Notes: generated from the letters alone by a model not told the origin. A stretch of 46,177 bases of DNA from an uncultured Victivallales bacterium (GCA_964576795.1 CAZNWT010000026.1:1-46177); one strand, 5' to 3'; shown: positions 28,607-39,820, counted from the stretch's first letter. Translations and numbers: made by a program.

Positions 28607-30184
28607 CTATGCTGACTTCCCGCGGGCACCTTCGCTTTGGCGCTTGCGCTTATCTGCTGCCTTGTCGGCGGCTTGGGCGTTGCGGCGCGCTGCGGAGGCG
28701 TTTTTCTTCATTTCCTTGACAGTCTTGGTTTTGATGCGGGCTGCGCCCTTGGTGGTACGGGTTCCAAGTGACTTTTCAGCGGCGAGACGCTTGCGCGCCT
28801 TGGGGATCTCACGCTTGTATTGCGGGAGCCACTTCGCCTGTGCGACCAGCATCTCATCGACCATCTGGCTAATTTCATTCGGGTCGCAGACGGCACCGGT
28901 CAGCGGGTCCATCATGGCCGCTTGCTTGAGCAGGTCGACATCGGCATGCACCGCGGCTTCAACGGCCAAGCGTTGTACACTAATTGAGGCATTGCAGATG
29001 GCCGCGCACCCCAGGGGCAGGTCGCCGACTTGGGGGACATTGATGCCGTTGCGATCGACATAGCAGGGGGTCTCAATGATGGCATCGTCGGGAAGGTTCG
29101 TAATGCAGCCCAGGTTCGGAACGTTGAAATGACCACGATAGGGGCGGCCGGTCACGAGTGACTCCACAATGTAGCTGCCGTGCTCTTTGCCACGCTTCGC
29201 GGGGGTGATCTCCCATGGAGCTTCTTTCATCCACTGCGGGAAGTCTTCTCTGAACCAGTTTCTGCCCTCGGTAGTGACGCGCAGATAGCCGCCGGTTTCG
29301 CCGTTGATCCAGGAGTCGAGCGAGATCCATTTTCGGATATCACGGAGACGCTTGCGGTACCAGGGGACGTACTCGGACACATGTCCATTGGACTCGGTGG
29401 TGTAGTAGCCGAAACGACGCAACAGGTCGATGCGTATCTTTTCGGTCTTGCTGTAGACCGGGTGTTTCTCAAATCCGGCAAGCAGCCGATCGGTCCATTC
29501 TTCACCCTTGTAGAGCACCTGAATATACCACGTCTGATGATTGATGCCGGCGCAGATGATATCAACATCTTTCAGGTCCACGGCGCGGTAGCCTTTGCTG
29601 CCCGGCTTGCGGGTCTTGTTGAGCATGGACTCGATGACGGTTCGGATCTGCTGATGTCCACCCATGACGCCGTGGCAGAGTCCGATGGTTTGAACGCCGC
29701 CATAGAGATTGGCCGCCCAGGTGTTCATGGCGTTGGGGTTGGCATAGCTCAAGAAGATGGCGTTGGGCTTGGCGACTTCGCGGATATCCTTGCAGAAGTC
29801 GAGGATGGCTGGGATGTTGCGCTGACCATACATGATGCCGCCAATACAGAGGGTGTCACCGACGCACTGGTCGACACCATACTTGAGTGGAATGTCAATG
29901 TCGGTGGCGAAGGCCTCCAAACCGCCGATTCGGGTCACGTTGTAGACAAAGTCGGCATCCTTCAGGGCGTCGCGGCGATTGGTTGTTCCGATCACCTTCG
30001 TGCTGAGGCCATTGTGCACAATGTCGCGCTGCACCAATTGCAACACCATGTCCAGATTGGCTTTGCTGATGTCCATGAAGGCGTATTCGGCCTTTTGTAG
30101 TTCGGGGACCGTGAGCATGTCCCGCATCAAGGTCCGTGTGAATCCCACGCTACCCGCTCCAATAATCGCGATTTTGAGTGTCAT
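28607..30184 (-). CDS. Glycoside hydrolase family 4 (NAD+/Mn2+-dependent alpha-galactosidase/alpha-glucosidase, MelA-like) with a Lys/Ala-rich C-terminal tail
   Basis: The N-terminal Rossmann 'KIAIIGAGSVGFTR' and 'LCHGVMGG' are typical of GH4. The extra ~60-aa basic tail is low-complexity. Confidence 0.8.
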   Translation of the reverse strand: MTLKIAIIGAGSVGFTRTLMRDMLTVPELQKAEYAFMDISKANLDMVLQLVQRDIVHNGLSTKVIGTTNRRDALKDADFVYNVTRIGGLEAFATDIDIPLKYGVDQCVGDTLCIGGIMYGQRNIPAILDFCKDIREVAKPNAIFLSYANPNAMNTWAANLYGGVQTIGLCHGVMGGHQQIRTVIESMLNKTRKPGSKGYRAVDLKDVDIICAGINHQTWYIQVLYKGEEWTDRLLAGFEKHPVYSKTEKIRIDLLRRFGYYTTESNGHVSEYVPWYRKRLRDIRKWISLDSWINGETGGYLRVTTEGRNWFREDFPQWMKEAPWEITPAKRGKEHGSYIVESLVTGRPYRGHFNVPNLGCITNLPDDAIIETPCYVDRNGINVPQVGDLPLGCAAICNASISVQRLAVEAAVHADVDLLKQAAMMDPLTGAVCDPNEISQMVDEMLVAQAKWLPQYKREIPKARKRLAAEKSLGTRTTKGAARIKTKTVKEMKKNASAARRNAQAADKAADKRKRQSEGARGKSA

Positions 30185-30386
30185 GTTCTTTTCCCTTTGT
30201 GTTCTGTGTTATCGATGGACGATTAGGGAGATTTCTCCCCTGTCCCGCTGCAACCCGAAGGGCGGAGGCGGATCGTAATCCGTAATCATCGCCGTAATTG
30301 TCAACCGATCCCCGCTCGGTGTGTACGCATCACTTCCCAATTCATGCTCACAGTATCACCTTGTATTTACTTGCTCTATATGAAAT

Positions 30387-30406
30387 TTGTGCCATTAATA
30401 GCACAA
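30387..30406. promoter_or_regulatory. Palindrome TTGTGC-N8-GCACAA immediately upstream of the probable araC-family start; candidate operator
   Basis: ttgtgccattaatagcacaa (6-bp perfect arms) ends 2 nt before the ATG at 30409. A second palindrome, gggagatttctccc, lies at ~30226-30240 in the divergent promoter region. Confidence 0.3.
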
Positions 30407-30408
30407 TT

Positions 30409-31281
30409 ATGCGGTTAAATGGGAAAGAGGTGCCATTGGGTGAGGGGTCGTTGCTGTTTCCGCAACGGGACCTACCGCTGCATGCCATGGTTGGGGCGTA
30501 TGGACATTCGAGGCAGACGTCACCGGCGTATGACTGGTATGGGGTGAAGCGGGGGCGTGCAGAGTGGGCTCTGCTCCAGTATACGACTGCCGGCAGGGGG
30601 GCACTTAGCTACGAAGATCATCGCTACGAGGTCGTGCCAGGACAGGCCATGCTCCTGCATTTTCCGCATGAGAACCACTACTGGTTGCCGGCAGATTCGG
30701 ATGCATGGCAATTTCTCTATGTCTGCCTACATGGCAGCGAGGTGGTGCGGATCTGGCGGGAACTGGTAACCCAGAACGGTCCCCTGGTGACAGTGTCACC
30801 TGAGAGCTGCGCTATGACGCTCCTGCGCGAGTTTGTCCATAGCGCGCTAGACGGTCGTATCACCTCACAGTTCGACGCGTCATCACTCGCCTACGGGTTG
30901 GTCATGCGTCTGGCACAGACGCTATTGGAACAATCGGTGCCGGAGAAGGCACCGGATGCGGTCCGACGGGCCATCGCCTTCTGCGAGCAGCATGTGGCCG
31001 ATGATATCGGGGTCGAGGACATTGCCCGAGCAGCCGGACTCAGCCGGTATCACTTCTCGCGGCTGTTCAAGACCTCGGTGGGCGTGGCGCCGGGCGAATT
31101 TGTGAAGGAACTGCGACTAGAGCGCGCCGCGCATCTTCTGACAGACTCGAGGCTAAGCATCAACGCCGTTGCGCTCCAGTGTGGATTTCGGGACCAAAAC
31201 TACTTCTGCCGAGCTTTCCGTAAGGCCATCGGACTCTCGCCAGGGCAATACCGCCGGAGCGGGCTATTTGGGAACGCATAA
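30409..31281 (+). CDS. AraC-family transcriptional regulator (cupin N-domain + HTH); ORF in the track starts at 30298
   Basis: The C-terminal dual HTH 'IARAAGLSRYHFSRLFKTSVGVAPGEFVKELRLERAAHLL......NAVALQCGFRDQNYFCRAFRKAIGLSPGQYRR' is a canonical AraC signature. Confidence 0.85.
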   Translation: MRLNGKEVPLGEGSLLFPQRDLPLHAMVGAYGHSRQTSPAYDWYGVKRGRAEWALLQYTTAGRGALSYEDHRYEVVPGQAMLLHFPHENHYWLPADSDAWQFLYVCLHGSEVVRIWRELVTQNGPLVTVSPESCAMTLLREFVHSALDGRITSQFDASSLAYGLVMRLAQTLLEQSVPEKAPDAVRRAIAFCEQHVADDIGVEDIARAAGLSRYHFSRLFKTSVGVAPGEFVKELRLERAAHLLTDSRLSINAVALQCGFRDQNYFCRAFRKAIGLSPGQYRRSGLFGNA

Positions 31282-31504
31282 CATGAAATGCTGTTGACAA
31301 CGGATCAGGTCTTCATCTCTTCTAGACTCTGTGGAATATCATGCATCGGTGATGGTGTCAGTTCGAATTAAGCAGTTCGGTTAACAGCCTCATTTCATCA
31401 GGGCATTCTTGCCCTTGATCGTGGCGAACGTCGCCGTGCAAGGCGTAATCCCACTCCACTGGGTTCTCCGTACGGACGGACGACAGGGAAGCGCGGCGGC
31501 ACTT

Positions 31505-34049
31505 TTAGTACGTGTCCACCAAACTCCGTACCTGCAGTTTCTTTTTGAACTGCGCTGCGGTCAGCTTGCGTGCCGGTGTCATTGTCACCTGCACGCTCCG
31601 TCCCGGACGTAGGTTGATGAAGTTGTCAGAGCAGCGCGCGTCAACACCATTGAGCTCGAGCCAGGTCCACATTGCCGGATGCTTTGTTTTAAGCGAGACG
31701 CCGAAGGAACCGTTCTTGTTCGCGCTCACCTGCGCGCTGATCCCGGGTTTTTCCGCCAACTCCAGATGCTTCGGTCGCGCAAACGTCACAAGGTTGGTCG
31801 ATTTGGGTTGCCCCTTTACCGACAACTCCAACCAGACGAGGAGATCACGCTCACCACAAGCAAGGCCGAGATGTTTGCTCAACTTTAATGTCGTCACCTT
31901 ACGGTCGCCGTTCACCGGTGTGTAGACGCTTTTTGCGCCGCTCTCGAGCTTACGCCCAGCCGCGTCGGTCACCACCCAGCTCAGCTTGCCGTCGGCAACC
32001 TTGAGCAGGTCGCTGGTGACGTGAACGTCAATCGTGCCCTTCTTCACATCCTCCACCCCACTCACCAATACCGGCGCAAAGAAATGGCGAGCCATATAGT
32101 GCAGCGCCTTCCAGCGACCGTAGTAGTCGATCGAAGACCAACTCGCCACGGGCCAAACGTCATTAAGCTGCCAATACAGGGTACCCATACCGCGCGGCAT
32201 GCTGCGACGCCAGTGTTCGCAAGCGTACTTGATCGCCATGCCCTGCAGGATCTGCGAAGCCCAAAGCGTCATCTCGAACCCGCTCGGCAGTCGGAACCAG
32301 TCCAGCATGTACTGCATAATCGTCATGTTGCCGATGCCCGAGCGCTGGTGATGCTCCATTACCGCTGTTGTGATGTTTCGATCCTGCTTCTCGGTATAAC
32401 CGCAAGCGGTCCTCGGCTCGGGGAATGACTGGAACCCGAACTCGCTGTTGAAGCGGTGGTCGCAAGTGCGGTACCACTCAAACGGCTTCTTGCCATGCCA
32501 CACCTCCCACAGATGCGCGTCGCCACACTCGGGGTTGTTGGAATTATTCCGGTCCCCATTCGGAGAATGCGGGCTGCTAGGCCAATAATCGGTGTGAGGG
32601 GCCTCCTCTCGAACCACCTTCGCCAACAGTATGTCGAAAAGCAACTCGTATTCCATCAAGCTCATCACCTGGTTACTGCCGCGGTTCATACCAGTCGCCA
32701 CCATTTGTTCCATCTCGTTATTGCCACACCAAAGCGCCATGCAGGGATGATGCCGCAGCCTCCGGACGTTGTCGCACGCCTCGGCTTCAACATTCCTCAC
32801 GAACGCCTTGTCCCCTATTGGATAGGCCATGCAGGCGAACATGAAGTCCTGCCAGACGCAGATGCCCAGTTCGTCGCAACGATCATAGAAGCAGTCATCC
32901 TCGTAGATTCCTCCTCCCCACACGCGCAACATGTTCATGTTGACCGCCGCGGCGTCTTCGATCAGGCCACGGTACATTTCCGGTGTCCGGCGCCCCAGCA
33001 CGGCGTCGACAGGAATCCAGTTGGCACCCTTGGCAAAGAACGGCACGCCGTTGACCACAAACTGAAATGATTCGCCCCACTCGTCTTTGTGACGGTCCAG
33101 CCGCAGCGTGCGCAGGCCAATGCGTTTGGCCACACTGTCAAGCACCCCCCCCATCGCCATCCGACAGCTCCACCTGCAAGTCGTACAATGCCTGCTTGCC
33201 CATCCCATTCGGCCACCAGAGCTGCGGATCGGAAACCCTTAAGTCCAGCCGTCCGCTGCGTCCGCGCAAGGTCACGCATTCCTCGGCCACGACCTTGCCC
33301 TTGTGGCACAGTGTGGCGCGTAGGGAAACCGCATTGCGGGTGGTCTTCCCCAGGTCCACCTCAACGCCAAGGAACACCGAATCCGCGCTCTGGTGAGCGA
33401 GGCCACGTTTACCCGTAGCGCCCCCTGTTGCCTCGACTGCCAGCCCGTGGGTCTGCTCAATTTTGACATCCTCAATCCGTCCCACCGAATACCCCAGAAG
33501 CCGAATCCCACGCCAGATGCCAGCCGTCACCAGGATCGGCCCCCAGTCCCAGCCAAAGTTGCTCTGTTCTTTGCGTACCCAAGCCGGGTAAGCCGAGTCA
33601 TGCGTCCCACTGAGACGCGAGCGAATCGGGCGTTCGTGGAAGCGCTTGCGAGTGTAGTCGTTCACGGAGCATAGCGTGATTCTGATCGTGTTATTCCCCT
33701 GCGTCAACAACGCCTTCACGTCCCACTCGTAGGACCGAAACATGTTGTCGGTCGACGCCACCTTCTTCCCATTGACCTCCACGGTCGCGAAGGTGTCGAG
33801 CCCGTCGCACTGTAGAAGCATACACTCCTCTTTGAACAGAGCGGCGGACACCTTGAACGTGCGCTCATACACCCAATCGCTCTCGCCAACCCACTGCACT
33901 TCCCGCTCGTTCTCGCGGTAAAACGGATCCGGAATCCGCTTCGCGTGCAAAAGGTCATTCATCACGTCACCCGGCACATTGGCCGCCAGCGACAGATCGC
34001 CGCTCTTCTTAGCAAGCGTCCATTTTCCATTAAGATTGCATATCTTCAT
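31505..34049 (-). pseudogene. Glycoside hydrolase family 2 beta-mannosidase, interrupted by a +/-1 frameshift at a C9 homopolymer (33145-33153)
   Basis: The N-terminal ORF (33138-34049, start MKICNLNGKWTL) and the C-terminal ORF (31505-33208) overlap at the homopolymer. Conserved GH2 segments are present ('WWPNG', 'YDLQVEL' then 'RIGLRTLRLDR...FQFVVNGVPFFAKGANWIP', 'WGGGIYE', 'CGNNE'). This is probably a sequencing error rather than real inactivation. Confidence 0.75.
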
Positions 34050-34353
34050 CAGTACATCTCCCCTGTCTCTATTACCTAATCTCACTAATAATAAGTAAGC
34101 AATCGCGTTTCGATAAAGCTGGACGATCCGCCCCTGACAACCAGCCAGAAGCGGCGTCATCACGGGAACATGCCGAAATAGCGATACACAGTCAAGCGAC
34201 AGGGCACCCAGTCCCGGCTGACCGGCTACGAAGTGGATGAGCTTATAACTCACATCAAGCGCAGTGCAGACACAGGCACTGCCGTTGAGGTGGAATGGCG
34301 CCTCTAGAAAATCTTTGCTTTCGCGGGGAGAAATTACTTGGTATTGATTTCGC

Positions 34354-36834
34354 ATGAACACTACTTTTCATTTGGTATGCAATGCCCACCTCGATCCGGT
34401 CTGGTTGTGGGAGTGGGAAGAGGGGGCGGCCGAAGCGGTCAGCACATTTCGTGTTGCCGCAGACATGTGCGAGCAATTTGATTCGTTCATCTTCAATCAC
34501 AATGAAGTCATTCTGTACAAATGGGTAGAGGAGTATGAACCGGAACTCTTTCGCCGAATTCAACGACTGGTGAAGGAGGGCCGCTGGCATATCATGGGCG
34601 GCTGGTATCTACAGCCGGACTGCAACATGCCCAGCGGTGAGTCATTCGTCCGGCAAATGCTGTTGGGGCGCCAATATTTTGATGAGAAGTTCGGCGTGCG
34701 GCCAACGACTGCCATCAATTTCGACCCCTTCGGGCATACGCGTGGACTCGTACAGATCATGCGCAAGAGTGGGTATGACAGCTACCTCTTCTGTCGTCCC
34801 GATCCCAACTCCTTTGACTTGCCACAAAACCAGATGATGTGGGAGGGGTATGATGGATCAAAGCTCGCGATCACGCGTAGCGCGGATATGTACCTCTCCG
34901 CGCGAGGACAGGCACGGAAGAAGGTCGAGAAGGCAATAGCTTCCGCGCCCGCGGGATCATGCAATGTCGTGTTGTGGGGCGTCGGCAATCACGGCGGCGG
35001 TCCCTCGCACCAGGATCTACAGGCACTGACCGAGCTGATTGCCGAATGCCCGGATGTTGACATCAAGCACTCGACTCCGGAGGCTTATTTTTCCGAGCTT
35101 TCGACTCACAATAAGCTCCCCGTTCTCAAGCGTGACCTCAACCCCTGGGGCGTGGGTTGCTATACGTCTCAGGTTCGCATTAAGCAGCAGCACCGCCTTT
35201 TGGAAAACGAACTGTTTTCCGCGGAAAAAATGGCTTCAGCAGCCTGGGTCCAAGGGGGCATGGCGTATCCTGCGGCCGCGCTGCGAGTGGTCAGCGAAGA
35301 CCTGGCGACAGCGCAGTTCCATGACATCCTGCCGGGATCATCGATACAGCCTGTGGAGGAGTCATCGTTGCGCGGCATGAACCACGGTCTGGAGGAAGCA
35401 TCACGAATCAAGACACGTGCCTTCTTCGCCCTGTCGGTCGGACAACCCGTCGCCAAAGCAGGAGAAATTCCCGTGCTGGTGTACAACCCGCATCCTTTCC
35501 CGGTGCAGACGACCGTGGAATGTGAATTCCAAATTGCTGATCAAAACCATAGCGGCACATTCACCAATATCGAGGTCTATCAGGGCAACCGTCTTCTGCC
35601 TTCGCAGGTTGAGCAGGAGGCCAGCAACATCAAATTGGACTGGCGCAAGCGGGTTGCATTCATCGCAGAGCTGGCACCATCGCAGATGAACCGGTTCGAC
35701 TGTCATCTCGTCAAACTCAAGCGGAGCCCCCATCTGCGCGCCATGCGCAAAACGTCATCGATCCGGTTCCGTACAGATGAACTTCAGGTGACGATCAACA
35801 AGCGAACGGGGCTGATTGACCGGTTCGTCGTAGCGGGAACTCCCATTCTAGCCCCCGAAGCTTGTCGTCCGCTGGTGATGAAAGATAATGCAGACCCTTG
35901 GGGGACGAACGTTAAGCGATTCCGCACGCTTGCCGGACGATTTCGTCTGCTGTCGCGCAAGGCAGCGGGAGCGTTCGCCGGACTGAGTGAAACCCTTGAT
36001 CCGGTTCGGGTGATTGAAGACGGCTCCGCCCGTGTGGTGGTGGAGGCCCTATTCGGCTATAATGACTCGTTTATCTGTCAGCGTTACCTGTTACCCAAGC
36101 GGGGCAGCGAGGTGGGGATCGAAACCCGTGTGCTGTGGAATGAAAAGGACCGGATGCTCAAGCTTTCTCTACCCACACTTCTGGATGATAGTCTGCTCGA
36201 GGGACAGGTGGCCTATGGCAGGGATAGGTTGCCAGACAATGGCGACGAAACAGTAGCTCAAAAATGGTTGGCGGTCACCTCGAAAGAGGGTAACACTGCA
36301 TTCACCTGCATCAACGACGGATCATATGGTTGTGACTTCTCCAAGGGGGAGTTGCGTCTCTCACTACTTCGCTCATCAGGCTATTCTGCACTCCCCATCG
36401 GAACACAAAAACTGATGCCTGAGAACCGCTTTGCACCCCGCATCGATCAGGGCGAACGTCTATTCCATTTTTGGATCAACGGGGGCGATCTCCCGGAGCG
36501 ACGGGCCGCGGTGGATCGCGAAGCCCTCGTGCACAACGAAAAACCAATGGCACTCTCCTTCTTCCCGTGTGGATCCGGCCAGAAACTGAAGCCATTGGTC
36601 GTTCTTGATGATAATGTCGTACAGGTAGCAGCTATCAAAAAGGCGGAAACAGGTGACACACTCATCGTACGACTGTTTGAGCCCACGGGAAAAGCACGCA
36701 CCACAACGGTGTCATTGCCATTCGCGCATATGCAGAAGACATTCCGCCTAAAGAAATTTGAAATTCGAACGGTCAGAATCGACATCAAGCACGGTACATG
36801 GCACGAAACCGATTTGATGGAAAGCAAAGTCTGA
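34354..36834 (+). CDS. Glycoside hydrolase family 38 alpha-mannosidase
   Basis: It has the N-terminal GH38 metal-binding motif 'HLVCNAHLDPVWLWEWEEG', plus 'GGWYLQPDCNMPSGES' and 'FDPFGH'. The 826-aa length is typical. Confidence 0.85.
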   Translation: MNTTFHLVCNAHLDPVWLWEWEEGAAEAVSTFRVAADMCEQFDSFIFNHNEVILYKWVEEYEPELFRRIQRLVKEGRWHIMGGWYLQPDCNMPSGESFVRQMLLGRQYFDEKFGVRPTTAINFDPFGHTRGLVQIMRKSGYDSYLFCRPDPNSFDLPQNQMMWEGYDGSKLAITRSADMYLSARGQARKKVEKAIASAPAGSCNVVLWGVGNHGGGPSHQDLQALTELIAECPDVDIKHSTPEAYFSELSTHNKLPVLKRDLNPWGVGCYTSQVRIKQQHRLLENELFSAEKMASAAWVQGGMAYPAAALRVVSEDLATAQFHDILPGSSIQPVEESSLRGMNHGLEEASRIKTRAFFALSVGQPVAKAGEIPVLVYNPHPFPVQTTVECEFQIADQNHSGTFTNIEVYQGNRLLPSQVEQEASNIKLDWRKRVAFIAELAPSQMNRFDCHLVKLKRSPHLRAMRKTSSIRFRTDELQVTINKRTGLIDRFVVAGTPILAPEACRPLVMKDNADPWGTNVKRFRTLAGRFRLLSRKAAGAFAGLSETLDPVRVIEDGSARVVVEALFGYNDSFICQRYLLPKRGSEVGIETRVLWNEKDRMLKLSLPTLLDDSLLEGQVAYGRDRLPDNGDETVAQKWLAVTSKEGNTAFTCINDGSYGCDFSKGELRLSLLRSSGYSALPIGTQKLMPENRFAPRIDQGERLFHFWINGGDLPERRAAVDREALVHNEKPMALSFFPCGSGQKLKPLVVLDDNVVQVAAIKKAETGDTLIVRLFEPTGKARTTTVSLPFAHMQKTFRLKKFEIRTVRIDIKHGTWHETDLMESKV

Positions 36835-36948
36835 CGACCATTCAAGCACCACTAGACCTCAGCCAGAAGTTCAGCTCATAAGATACGAGGATACCTCTAT
36901 GGGAAAAACCGTGACTCGTGATTCTGGAATTGTCAATGTAGTGCCTTA

Positions 36949-38346
36949 CTATGTGTTTGCGTAGGGACGTTTGTTTATGACAAACCACTCTCGCCACCGT
37001 AGCCATCGTGCGTCAAGGCGCTGATGCTGATTCGCGTCCGGGCTAAAACGGGGTCCGTGTCCCTGGGGGGCGGCACATCCTGCGGCCATGGCGGCGGCAC
37101 CTAGCAGACTATCCCCAGAGCCCTGAACCACCTCGCAGTCAAGGGCATCGGCAATCAGTTGCAGCCAGACCATACTATGACTCCCTCCCCCGATCACCCG
37201 CAGTGCTTTTTTTCTGCCCCACTCAAATTCCTCTTCCAGCAGCCGACGCAAGGCAAAGGTTAATCCCTCCAGTACAGCGTAGGCTTTCTCTTCGGCGTTC
37301 TTGAACGCACCCTGCCACGCATGTGACGAGCGCATCTGGGAGGGATAGAAAAAACCCATTTGCTTCGTAACACCAGCACGCGAGCGTGCCACCACTTCGT
37401 CGAAGGCCTTGAGTGTCTGACCGGGCGCCAACGTCTCGCGCGCCCAATCGAGAGCCAGACAACCCTCGCTATCCACAGCCAGCTCGTAATACCCGCCCCC
37501 CGGATAGGGGCCCCAGAAGCAACCGGTATGATAGGGCCCGATGGTTTGTCCGGCAAATTGATAGGCTACGAGCGCAGTACCCAGTGTGACGACAACCTGC
37601 GCGTTCCCGCAACCGTTGCCATAGGCACCAGCGGTCTGATCGTTCCCCGCCGCAACTAAGTCAATTTCGTTGGCAAGCGCCAACTCGGAGCAGCGGCTTT
37701 TAATCTGCACATGAGAACCCACCGGCACAATCCGTGGCAGAGCCGATACATCAACACCGCAGCGTTCCAGTATATCTGCTCGCCAGTCGCGCTGTTTCAG
37801 AGAGTAGCAGCCACTCATGGCGGCCAGATTGTCATCCGTAAGATTGACGCCGGCAAGCAGATGAAAAATGAGGCCCGGAAGCGACACAATCCGGATGTCG
37901 CCTTCGAGCGATTCCGGCTGGTGACGGTGAAACCACAGCAGGTGAGAGAGTTGCATCTGGGCGGAAAGACTCCCCATGCTGGCGTGTGTGTGCCAATCCT
38001 CTCCAAAGTCGGCCATGAGCGCTTCGGCCTCACGCGTGGCGCGGGTGTCCAACCAGCTTGTCACGTGCGTTCTGGCGCGACCTGCACCATCCAAAACCAC
38101 AACATTCTGCGCCTGGCTGGTGATGGCAATGGTGCCAAGGTCGGTCGTGCGACACCCGGCGTCTCGGCATGCAGATTGGATAAGCGCCAGCGTCTCCCGT
38201 CTCACATCAGCGGCGTTCATCTCGACCCGCTCGCCGTCCCGGTGATGATACGGAGTGGCAACGGAGGCCCCGCCCAATCGCTCAAGCTCGGCCGTAAACG
38301 CCGCCGCTTTGAAATTGGTCGAACCAAGGTCAATCGCCAGGATCAT
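36949..38346 (-). CDS. FGGY-family carbohydrate kinase (xylulokinase/ribulokinase-like)
   Basis: 'ILAIDLGSTNFKAAAF' is the N-terminal actin-fold phosphate-1 motif and 'LRVIGGGSHSMVWLQLIADAL' the C-terminal FGGY motif. Confidence 0.8.
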   Translation of the reverse strand: MILAIDLGSTNFKAAAFTAELERLGGASVATPYHHRDGERVEMNAADVRRETLALIQSACRDAGCRTTDLGTIAITSQAQNVVVLDGAGRARTHVTSWLDTRATREAEALMADFGEDWHTHASMGSLSAQMQLSHLLWFHRHQPESLEGDIRIVSLPGLIFHLLAGVNLTDDNLAAMSGCYSLKQRDWRADILERCGVDVSALPRIVPVGSHVQIKSRCSELALANEIDLVAAGNDQTAGAYGNGCGNAQVVVTLGTALVAYQFAGQTIGPYHTGCFWGPYPGGGYYELAVDSEGCLALDWARETLAPGQTLKAFDEVVARSRAGVTKQMGFFYPSQMRSSHAWQGAFKNAEEKAYAVLEGLTFALRRLLEEEFEWGRKKALRVIGGGSHSMVWLQLIADALDCEVVQGSGDSLLGAAAMAAGCAAPQGHGPRFSPDANQHQRLDARWLRWREWFVINKRPYANT

Positions 38347-38491
38347 CAGTACTCCTTCTGCGAGTCCACTGCGATCAGCGCAGCGGGGCCTTCTTCGTCG
38401 AAAATGCGACTCTTCCAGAGATTGACAGGCGTGTGCGCATCAATCACAACCGATTGGCTGCGCAGCTTGCGGATGATCCCGTTGTGTGTCT

Positions 38492-39820
38492 TCATGCCAA
38501 GAGTTCTTTCGCCAAGTTCAGAGCGGCCTCCACCATGCAGGCCCCACTTTCGGGTTTGAACATGGAAAGGTTTGCCTCGTATCCCGTGGCCTCTGGCGTT
38601 GTTATATAGCCCTGAAGGTGTCCGTTGGACATGCTGATCACAAACACACGCGCCGGAGCATCCTGTTTAATCTGTAGGGCATACTCCACGAAACATTCAC
38701 CGGAGAGTCCCACTAGGACTGTATCACCAATGCGCAGCACCTGAACTTCTGCTTTCGCGTGTGCCTGCTGCACAGGTGTCAGCGTGCCATCGGCCTGAGC
38801 CGTGGCCATGGTGACAACTTCTTCTGCTCCGAAGACGGTACATTCAGCCGTTCGGATCATACCGTGTCCGGCATCCTCACGCTTCAAGTGCTCGTAATTC
38901 TCCGTCGCTTCCCGCAATCCCTCCTCGGCTTCGCCAAGTGACGGGAAGGTGCGCGGGGAGAGCTGCACATAAAACTGCGCGCTGCCCACCGTCAGATCGT
39001 CCCTGAAGTCGGTGTCGGAGAGTGCTTCGAGCACATCAACGGCAAAGCCGCCCAACCGACACCCTAACCGCTCGGCCTCGTCAAACGTCTGCCCCTTGAC
39101 ATGGTAGCGCGGACTCAGATTGCCACAGGGGCCATTGTGATAAACAACCTGTGCCCGAGGGAAGGCGTCTTGGATCTGAAGTCGTGTGTAGCCGGGGAAG
39201 TCGGACGATACAAGTGTTGTATCCTCGTGCAGCACTGTTGGGTGCATCGAGTAGAAAAGCTGCACTGCCATCAGAGATTTATCGCTCACCCGACGTACGG
39301 CCACGATGCCGGCTTCTGGATCACGCACAGCATCGGGAGCAAGACGATTACCCCCCACCCCATCAACTCGCACCGACGTGATCGCCACCGCCGCTGGCTC
39401 AAGCGTCCCCGCCGCTTGACAGGCCGCATCCAAAATGCCCTCAATGAGTTGCATCCGGTATGCAGGATCGGCTTTCGGTACAACGGGGTCACCGCCCATT
39501 GCAAAGACGTCGCACGTCACCGGCCCCGAATGCGTGTGTGTTGCACTGATCAACACATTGGTCGACGGAATGCCTGTGTGCGCCTCGATCTGCTGACGGC
39601 ATGCGGCTACCAGGGTAGCATCAACGTACAGGACATCCACGCTGATCGAGACAACCCGGCACTCGCCATCGTCGATACAGAGTGCAGTCGCATATAGTGC
39701 ATCATGAATTCCCGTCGACATCCGTTCAACATGCGGGTATCCCCACAGAAACATCGGCTCCCGCGGCGAGACATCCACCTTCACGATTCCTGCCTTTAAC
39801 ATTTGCATCCCATTCCGCAA
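38492..39820 (-). CDS. Neutral/alkaline ceramidase-like hydrolase (N-terminal ceramidase domain family)
   Basis: 'KVDVSP...WGY.....STGIHDALYATALCIDDG..RVVSISVD.........IPSTNVLISATHTHSGP' follows the conserved pattern of the neutral ceramidase N-terminal domain. Confidence 0.5.
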   Translation of the reverse strand: MRNGMQMLKAGIVKVDVSPREPMFLWGYPHVERMSTGIHDALYATALCIDDGECRVVSISVDVLYVDATLVAACRQQIEAHTGIPSTNVLISATHTHSGPVTCDVFAMGGDPVVPKADPAYRMQLIEGILDAACQAAGTLEPAAVAITSVRVDGVGGNRLAPDAVRDPEAGIVAVRRVSDKSLMAVQLFYSMHPTVLHEDTTLVSSDFPGYTRLQIQDAFPRAQVVYHNGPCGNLSPRYHVKGQTFDEAERLGCRLGGFAVDVLEALSDTDFRDDLTVGSAQFYVQLSPRTFPSLGEAEEGLREATENYEHLKREDAGHGMIRTAECTVFGAEEVVTMATAQADGTLTPVQQAHAKAEVQVLRIGDTVLVGLSGECFVEYALQIKQDAPARVFVISMSNGHLQGYITTPEATGYEANLSMFKPESGACMVEAALNLAKELLA

